From assembly GCA_963698375.1 (NCBI GenBank), contig CAVOQN010000006.1, positions 165,488 to 229,487 on the forward strand: a stretch of 64,000 bases of DNA, in the 5' to 3' direction. Each line of letters begins with the position of its first letter. Position 1 is the stretch's first letter. The notes under the pieces were generated by a model. The model saw nothing but the letters and a program-made list of their open reading frames with translations, did no database searches and was not told where the DNA came from. The position numbers and the translations under genes were made by a program. Below are positions 58,146 to 64,000 of this stretch, piece by piece. Source of the stretch: an uncultured Pseudomonadota bacterium. GTDB taxonomy: Bacteria > Pseudomonadota > Gammaproteobacteria > Acidiferrobacterales > UBA6901.

Positions 58146-58191
58146 GATCCACCTGTCTTTCGTTATGCCGGAAGCCGGGCCTCTATGGCTA

Positions 58192-58220
58192 TAGACGCAG
58201 TGCGTGGCACGTCAGGTCCC
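58192..58220 (-). promoter_or_regulatory. candidate ECF promoter GGGACC-N17-CGTCTA (amidotransferase-sigma operon)
   Basis: Same architecture as 38881..38909. The -35 lies within hairpin 58211..58249. Confidence 0.5.
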
Positions 58221-58249
58221 GAAAAGAAGAATAAATTTCGGGACCTGAC
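58211..58249. repeat. hairpin GTCAGGTCCCGAAA-N11-TTTCGGGACCTGAC
   Basis: 14-bp perfect stem, downstream of gene 58261..58629. Related to the GTCAGGTC repeats. Confidence 0.75.
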
Positions 58250-58260
58250 GCCAGGGCCGG

Positions 58261-58629
58261 TTAAAACGTAAGCGTTGCCGCGCCTTCGCTGACCACACCC
58301 AGCATGGCGACCGACCCGGCCAGCACTGCGCCATCGATCAGGTCTTCCTTCTCGTAACCGCGCACCTTGGCGCAGGGTGGGCAAACCATTATGGTGCCGC
58401 CGTTGTCCATGATGTTCTTCATCATGTCCTTGATCGGCGGGTCGAGCGGGTTCGGCCGGGCCATTTCCGCCGCACCCTTGCGCGCCCAATCGGCGCCTGA
58501 GCTCACCAGAAACATCGTCACGTTGTAGCCGGAAGCGATGCCGCCATTGGCAACGCTCCATGCCACGGAGGCGCGTTCATCGTTAAAACCGTTCGTTACC
58601 ACAACGACCAGCTTCTTTGTGTCTGACAT
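58261..58629 (-). CDS. DsrE-family protein with CPPC motif (cytoplasmic)
   Basis: ORF 58261..58701 trimmed to MSDTKKLVVVV after GGGAGA. Motifs FLVSSGADW and IMVCPPCAKVRG. Confidence 0.8.
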   Translation of the reverse strand: MSDTKKLVVVVTNGFNDERASVAWSVANGGIASGYNVTMFLVSSGADWARKGAAEMARPNPLDPPIKDMMKNIMDNGGTIMVCPPCAKVRGYEKEDLIDGAVLAGSVAMLGVVSEGAATLTF

Positions 58630-58731
58630 GTGTATTCTCCCAGTTTGGTTGAACTCAGGACATTCGCAATGTCCGTCGATTTGCTCCTCAAGAGCCCGCA
58701 TGTTCCGCAGTTTTGGACATGCTTATGGGTG

Positions 58732-58760
58732 AAGACGCATTGCCATGTCATCCAGGTCCC
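58732..58760 (-). promoter_or_regulatory. candidate ECF promoter GGGACC-N17-CGTCTT (DsrE-family gene)
   Basis: Same architecture as the other three sites. Confidence 0.5.
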
Positions 58761-59014
58761 GGGAATTCAGAAATTTTTATAAAAGCAGAGTTTAAACGTT
58801 GTTTACCCCAACCCATTTCGTTGCTGCGTTTCAGAAAGTGCCAAGCCCGGCAATACCATGGCTGTTATCCCCCCGGTACTTCGTGATAGCCGGATTGAAG
58901 AACTATTTCCCTGTTTTGATCACGCCCACGTCTGATCTCGATCAAGGAAATGGAGGCGTATGGGCGTAAGGTGATAAACGGAATCAAGTAATTCTCAGCG
59001 AGGAGGTGTGTTCC

Positions 59015-59137
59015 ATGCTTCCTGCTCAACCCCAATTACCTGTCAGACAGCCTGTCTGTGGATTATTGCACCCGGTCGATCGTGCCTTTCTTGTTTCAAA
59101 CCGACTGCACGCTGACAAGAAAATGATTAATTGTTGA
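59015..59137 (+). CDS. 40-codon ORF with a strong RBS (speculative small protein)
   Basis: GAGGAGG lies 8 nt before the ATG. Encodes MLPAQPQLPVRQPVCGLLHPVDRAFLVSNRLHADKKMINC. Ends 10 nt before the next gene. Confidence 0.3.
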   Translation: MLPAQPQLPVRQPVCGLLHPVDRAFLVSNRLHADKKMINC

Positions 59138-59146
59138 AAACATACG

Positions 59147-59887
59147 ATGACACACCTTGTAAACGCGAATATCACGATATCGAAACGGTTAACAGAGTTA
59201 CCGGATCAACATATCCAGCGCATGGCAGAAATTGTTGTCCACTATTTTCCCGATCAGAGGTTAATGGAAGAGACGATACGCAATCACCTGAAACAAGCAG
59301 GCACGGTGCGCCTTGCCTGGCGTCAGGATCGAATTGTCGGTTTTTCGATCGCATCAGGATACAAAATGCTGACACCTTTTTACCCGAAACCGGCGAACGT
59401 CATCTTTCAGCGCATGTTGTATCTGGATCCGGATATTTTGTATCGTGGTCTGGGTCTGCGGCTGCTGTCGGTCACCCTGAAAGATCTGTTCGGCTGGCTG
59501 TGGCCGCTCAAACGGCTGGTCTGTATTTGCCGCACCCAAAATCCTGTCGTGGCCAGGATCATGGACATGTATAACGTGTCCTATCCGCAGCATCAGCAGC
59601 CAGTGCCACAAGAAATCAGAAAGTTTGGCGAAAGTTTGTTGCCCATTCTTGGCGCCGATTCTCTGGATGAACAATGTCGGCTGGTCGGCACGCTTACATC
59701 GTTTGCCGGCAGGGACTACACGGATATCTGGAATCGGTTTCTGCATCGTCGTAATAACAAATATGAGACGCTGATGTTGAACAGCGCATTCAAGGAAGAA
59801 AAAGGCCGCATAATCAATAGTGGCGCATTTGTGTTGATGATCGCCTATGCGAAACCACTCCGGTTTATTCGTTATATTTTCCATTGA
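59147..59887 (+). CDS. hypothetical protein with GNAT-like N-terminal half
   Basis: 246-aa ORF. YRGLGLRLL resembles GNAT motif A. The C-terminal half is unrecognised. Confidence 0.55.
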   Translation: MTHLVNANITISKRLTELPDQHIQRMAEIVVHYFPDQRLMEETIRNHLKQAGTVRLAWRQDRIVGFSIASGYKMLTPFYPKPANVIFQRMLYLDPDILYRGLGLRLLSVTLKDLFGWLWPLKRLVCICRTQNPVVARIMDMYNVSYPQHQQPVPQEIRKFGESLLPILGADSLDEQCRLVGTLTSFAGRDYTDIWNRFLHRRNNKYETLMLNSAFKEEKGRIINSGAFVLMIAYAKPLRFIRYIFH

Positions 59888-59931
59888 TGTCGAAGTGGAG
59901 GAATTTCAGCGACGAAAGGGATCGACCAAAT

Positions 59932-59966
59932 GGGTGGGAGTGATTTTCACTTTAAACTCTCCGCCC
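59932..59966. repeat. hairpin repeat, GGGnGGGAG family
   Basis: GGGTGGGAGTGATTTTCACTTTAAACTCTCCGCCCC. Confidence 0.65.
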
Positions 59967-60215
59967 CATTATCGTTCGCTAATGTAGATCAGAAATCTCT
60001 GGCCAGAGCGGAATTTTCTACAATAACCTGTTGCTGCTAGTATTTACGCGTCCTCGACGAGGTATACGAACAGTACCGCAGCCGAGTGAAAAACTGGTTC
60101 TGACTCGAGGGCAGGGCCGGTGGCGAGTAGCCGGTTCTGCGGCGCCCGAATGGACAGGGGTGTCAGGGCGAGTAGCAGCTGGCATGCCGAAGTGTTCACA
60201 GAGAGTTGGATTGGG

Positions 60216-60656
60216 ATGGCATCTGCAAAAGAACAGGCGCAAAAGCTTTCTCGGGAAATTCGCGAGGCGATACGGACTGCACGCACAGCGAGCACACGCG
60301 CCCGGATGGCGGGTGAGGAGTTCAAGGAATTGCTGGTGAAAGTCGAGGCCGAGGCCGAGGCGGCGAGAAATGTGGTGGAATATCCGGGCGGGCGCTACGA
60401 GTGCAACGCCTGTCACCAGCCGGTGATTTTTACGGAAACCCAACGCGAGTTTCCGCCGTGCGACAGTTGCGGCAGTAGCCGTGGGTTTAGCGGCCCGCCC
60501 CCGCGGGTGCTCGACGTGATACCTGCTACGCCTCGAAGATTTTCTGCCGGGCTCTATGAATGCACGCAATGCAACGCACCGGTGGCCTTGGTCGAGAACA
60601 GCGATACGCTCTTGCCTTGCGAGTTTTGTGGCGCAACAGAGTTCCGCGAATTGTAG
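60216..60656 (+). CDS. double zinc-ribbon protein with N-terminal coiled coil
   Basis: ORF 60120..60656 trimmed to MASAKEQ. CNAC...CDSC and CTQC...CEFC. Confidence 0.6.
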   Translation: MASAKEQAQKLSREIREAIRTARTASTRARMAGEEFKELLVKVEAEAEAARNVVEYPGGRYECNACHQPVIFTETQREFPPCDSCGSSRGFSGPPPRVLDVIPATPRRFSAGLYECTQCNAPVALVENSDTLLPCEFCGATEFREL

Positions 60657-60850
60657 AGTTGACGCGGATTATTCAGGACGAAAAGAATAAAAGAGGCTGG
60701 AAAGATATAACATTAATCACCCGACGAAGGGGGTTGAATCAACGGACCAGTGTTGATGAAATGTTTTCCAGCAATGCAGGCTTATTGAACTTCGGATTCC
60801 ATACAACACCGGCTAGACTCACTCACGCACTCAAACAACTGGAGTCAACA

Positions 60851-61651
60851 ATGTCTCTCCTGACCCGTCTCGTTCTCGCAGTTTTGTTGGCGGCCACTCT
60901 GGCCACCCCGGTGCTCGCGCGTGACGAGGCACCAGCTACCGATGCGCAGGGGCTTGTGACGTTTGCCTCGGAGGATGGCCTGGCGCGCCTGGCGCGTTCG
61001 CCGGCGAAGATCGACTTTCCCGCGCTCGCGAACCAGTTCGAGGCGCAAACCAATGCCATGTTCTGCGGTCCGACCACTGCGGCCATTGTGCTCAACGCCG
61101 TGCGCACCCGTAGCTCCGAGCTGCCGCGTGATCGCAGCCGCCTGCGTGCCGATGACTTGCGGTACATACCGGGCACGATCGATCCGGTTATCCCGCGCTA
61201 CACGCAGGATAACGTCATAACGAAAGGTCCGAAGACCCGCGCCCAGGTGATGGGCGAGCCCATCACTGTCGATGGAAAGCAAATCAAGGACTTCGGCTAT
61301 CAGCTACGCCAGTTCGATGAACTGCTCAAAGCGCACGCGCTCCACACCCGACTCGTCATCGTCGACGACAAAAAGTCCGAGAAGGAAATACGCACCGACC
61401 TGGTTGAAAACCTCAAGCGCCTCGGCGACTACGTGGTCGTCAACTACTGGCGCAAGGCGGTTGGCCAGCAGGGCGGTGGCCATATATCACCACTGGGCGC
61501 CTACGATGCGGAATCGGATTCGTTCCTCGTCCTGGACGTGAATCCCGCCAGCGCCGGATGGGTCTGGATGCCAACCACGACACTGGTCAACGGCATGCGC
61601 ACGCTTGATACGGTCGAGAACCGCGGGTATATCCACGTGGAATTGCGCTAA
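60851..61651 (+). CDS. secreted phytochelatin synthase-like (papain-fold) protein
   Basis: Signal peptide. Motifs QTNAMFCGPTTAAIVLNA and GGGHISPLGAYDAESDSFLVLDV...RGYIHV. Confidence 0.9.
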   Translation: MSLLTRLVLAVLLAATLATPVLARDEAPATDAQGLVTFASEDGLARLARSPAKIDFPALANQFEAQTNAMFCGPTTAAIVLNAVRTRSSELPRDRSRLRADDLRYIPGTIDPVIPRYTQDNVITKGPKTRAQVMGEPITVDGKQIKDFGYQLRQFDELLKAHALHTRLVIVDDKKSEKEIRTDLVENLKRLGDYVVVNYWRKAVGQQGGGHISPLGAYDAESDSFLVLDVNPASAGWVWMPTTTLVNGMRTLDTVENRGYIHVELR

Positions 61652-61701
61652 GCGAGAATGGGCTGTCACTGGAGTCAGACTGCCGTGGAAAACACTGGCG
61701 A

Positions 61702-62364
61702 GTGAACGGATACTGGGCAATGATGCGAAATCATTTCAGTAATATCCGTCATGACGATTTTTTTCCTGCTATCCAGCGGGTGGCACTGGCGGCCGTGATG
61801 TTGTCTCTGGCTGTGCCAGCCATTGCAGTCATCAATACCGGCACTGATGCGGAGGCCGAGCTTCCGTACTGGGAGGTTGTCGATCAGGGTGTTTCGATAC
61901 GCCTGGTGCAGCGCCTGCCCGATCAGACGCGCGGTTTCTACCAGGCTCGCGGATTTTCTATTGCCGACTCGGAGTTGATCGCGCAAAGCTGCATGTTTCA
62001 GACTGTGATCAAGAATGTCACACCGCCTTCTGACCCGGCCGTAATCGAGTACAACATGGAAGAGTGGATTGTGCATGCCGTTGGTGCGCAACGCAGAATG
62101 AAAACCCGCGAAGACTGGAAGAAGGAATGGATGGCGCGTGGCGCACCGAAGGCCGCGCAACTGGCTTTTGAATGGGGGCTCATACCAACCCGCCAGACTT
62201 ACCGACCGGGTGATTACAACTGGGGCTTGTCTGTATACAACCTCCCACCCGGCACGCCATTCGATCTCGACGTTGTCTGGTACCAGAACGGCGAACGCCG
62301 AAGCGCGCTGCTGAAAGGTGTGGTTTGTGCGCCAGATATACACGTGTCGCCGGCCCCACAATGA
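61702..62364 (+). CDS. hypothetical periplasmic protein
   Basis: 220-aa ORF with one N-terminal hydrophobic segment. The stop overlaps the TlpA start (ATGA). The start is uncertain. Confidence 0.65.
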   Translation: MNGYWAMMRNHFSNIRHDDFFPAIQRVALAAVMLSLAVPAIAVINTGTDAEAELPYWEVVDQGVSIRLVQRLPDQTRGFYQARGFSIADSELIAQSCMFQTVIKNVTPPSDPAVIEYNMEEWIVHAVGAQRRMKTREDWKKEWMARGAPKAAQLAFEWGLIPTRQTYRPGDYNWGLSVYNLPPGTPFDLDVVWYQNGERRSALLKGVVCAPDIHVSPAPQ

Positions 62365-62897
62365 AGACACTGAGACGCTCATTCCTCCGCTGCACGATTC
62401 TCGTGTCGTGGTTTGTGCTGTACGCGGCGCAGGCTGCCGGCAACGATGCGGCGCAATTCTTGCCGCCCCTGCAAAAACCATTTGCCGCACCGGATTTCAC
62501 GTTGCGGGGCGAAGACGGAAAAACTTACCGGCTGTCGGATTATCGCGGCAGTGTCGTCGTGCTGAACTTCTGGGCGACATGGTGCCCGCCGTGCCGTTAC
62601 GAAATGCCCTCAATGGAGCGCGCCCACAAGAAGCTGCAGGGCGAGAAGATTGTGCTGCTGGCAATCAATGTGGGTGAAAGCGAAGACAAGGTCTTTGAGT
62701 TTACCGGTCAATACCCGGTAACGTTCCCGCTGTTGCTGGATACCGAAGGTGCCATCATCCGCAAATATAAGGTGATCGGGATGCCTACGACCTTTGTGAT
62801 CGACCCGCGCGGTATCGTCACGCACCGTGCTGTCGGTAGCCGTGAGTGGGATGATGAACAATTGCTCGCGCAGCTGCGCAAACTGCTGAAGCCGTAA
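62361..62897 (+). CDS. TlpA-family thiol:disulfide oxidoreductase
   Basis: Signal peptide. FWATWCPPCRYEMP. Confidence 0.9.
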   Translation: MKTLRRSFLRCTILVSWFVLYAAQAAGNDAAQFLPPLQKPFAAPDFTLRGEDGKTYRLSDYRGSVVVLNFWATWCPPCRYEMPSMERAHKKLQGEKIVLLAINVGESEDKVFEFTGQYPVTFPLLLDTEGAIIRKYKVIGMPTTFVIDPRGIVTHRAVGSREWDDEQLLAQLRKLLKP

Positions 62898-63287
62898 TCG
62901 CCAACCAGCGGCTTGGCCGTGCCCGGCATGCTGCACTCGTACCCGCAATTAAAATCACGCAACGAAATGGTTTTGTGTACTTATTTGTTGTAGCCCCCGG
63001 AACTGGAAAAGCAAGCCGGTAATTTTTCGTAAAATCCATGCACGCCATTGCCCCGGACTAGCCTTACAAATATCAAAGGCACCGCTTTAGCTGTTTGATC
63101 CATCCTGCGGAATTTTCGAACATTCTTGCCCGAGTTTCAGCCTTATCCCGAATGGCTTCCCGGTTGCCCATTGACGTCTAATCACCGTTCCATCACCATT
63201 CGCGCCGAACGCGAACTTATAAATGCGTAACCAAGAACCAGAAGTGATGGCCTGACTCAGGCCCATCGTTTACAAAGGGGCCCACAC

Positions 63288-64000
63288 ATGTCGTTGTTCG
63301 TCGCTTATGTCCGGCGCTTGTTCGCCGCGTCTGTTATTTTGCTGCTCGCAGCCTGCGGCGGCGGCGGAGGTGGCGGGGCCAGTGCCCCCGGGTTTTCGGT
63401 CGCGCCACAAAGTCTGACGTTCAGTGCAGCATCTGCCGCAAGCGCAACCCCGTCAGCACAGACGATCACGGTCACTGTCACGAGCGGCACTGTTTATCTG
63501 GCTGCCGCCTACGGCGGCACCGCCATTGCGAATGCCACGTTTTATATCACGGGACCAACGACAGCGGAGGTGACGGTTTTTCCGGCCGCACCATCCAGTC
63601 TCGGTCCCGGACAGCACAGCGGCACGGTGGCAATCATTGGCTGTAATGACGTCGCCTGCAATTCACAAGTTGCCGGTAGTCCCTATTACGTAACGGTAAC
63701 CTACAATATCCAAGGTGTAGTGGCTTCTCCTTCCGCGTTGACTTATACACTTGGCAACTCGCCGGTTGCCGGCGATTTAAGCCGTCAATTCACCATTACC
63801 GGATACCCGAATCAGAACTGGAGCATTGGCACTAATGTTTCATGGCTTAGTGTGACACCATTGGTTGGCAATACCGGTGGCCCCGTTCAGGTTACGGCTT
63901 CTCTTGTGCAGGCACAGATTGATGCGCTCGGTAATGGAGTCTATACGGGATCCATCACGGTAACCCCGGCTTCCAGCCCTCCTTTTGCTGTACCGGTAAC
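63288..64000 (+). CDS. lipoprotein with repeated Ig/BACON-like domains (3' end truncated by the window)
   Basis: My own translation from ATG 63288 gives MSLFVAYVRRLFAASVILLLAAC-GGGGGG..., open to the window end. It is absent from the ORF track because it has no stop codon. Confidence 0.75.
   Translation, partial: MSLFVAYVRRLFAASVILLLAACGGGGGGGASAPGFSVAPQSLTFSAASAASATPSAQTITVTVTSGTVYLAAAYGGTAIANATFYITGPTTAEVTVFPAAPSSLGPGQHSGTVAIIGCNDVACNSQVAGSPYYVTVTYNIQGVVASPSALTYTLGNSPVAGDLSRQFTITGYPNQNWSIGTNVSWLSVTPLVGNTGGPVQVTASLVQAQIDALGNGVYTGSITVTPASSPPFAVPV

Noticed and set aside
41031-60000. A chromosomal integron cassette array: many small unrelated genes separated by imperfect palindromes.
   Set aside because: Gene orientation is mixed. 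The palindromes lack RYYYAAC/GTTRRRY cores and fall into several unrelated sequence families. There is no intI gene or attI in the window.
1-64000. CRISPR arrays, rRNA genes and intact tRNA genes.
   Set aside because: I found no regularly spaced direct repeats with unique spacers and no rRNA-like stretches. The only tRNA-like sequence is a 25-nt 3' fragment at 55916-55940.

Overview
High-GC proteobacterial-looking chromosomal segment with about 65 supportable protein-coding genes. I found no rRNA or intact tRNA gene and no CRISPR array. The left ~41 kb is dense and core-like. It holds a cNMP-binding protein and a SulP-STAS-cNMP permease, a 1155-aa FecR/TPR/beta-barrel protein with a Cys-rich secreted neighbour, an MFS transporter, two PhoX/DUF839-like paralogs, a TAXI receptor and ChaB. 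It also holds a BON-PfpI operon, a two-component system next to a DUF1924/diheme cytochrome c/cytochrome b561 operon, paralogous lipoprotein genes with a shared ECF-type promoter, a spermidine-synthase-like membrane protein, a PQQ-dehydrogenase-like protein and a homocysteine methyltransferase. From ~41 kb onward the window becomes an accessory mosaic. It has AT-rich patches, genes bracketed by 145-190 bp direct repeats, several families of palindromic intergenic repeats and decayed gene fragments. This part is enriched in thiol/sulfur-redox functions: three DsrE-like proteins, a rhodanese, a peroxiredoxin-like protein, TlpA and a phytochelatin-synthase-like protein. The best candidate for an undescribed system is a pair of paralogous modules ~20 kb apart, each with an ECF sigma factor and an RsrA-type (ZAS) anti-sigma factor. 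The two modules share a GGGA(A/C)C-N17/18-CGTC promoter motif at four sites. Their outputs are two ArsM-like methyltransferases that lack the arsenite-binding Cys, DsrE-like proteins and a class II amidotransferase. One of the methyltransferases is fused to a 5-TM domain and a periplasmic 6-Cys bufferin-like domain. Caveat: at least nine genes carry single-base frameshifts, mostly in short homopolymers, so either the assembly has indel errors or these genes are pseudogenes. All function calls come from motif recognition by eye. No database search was run.
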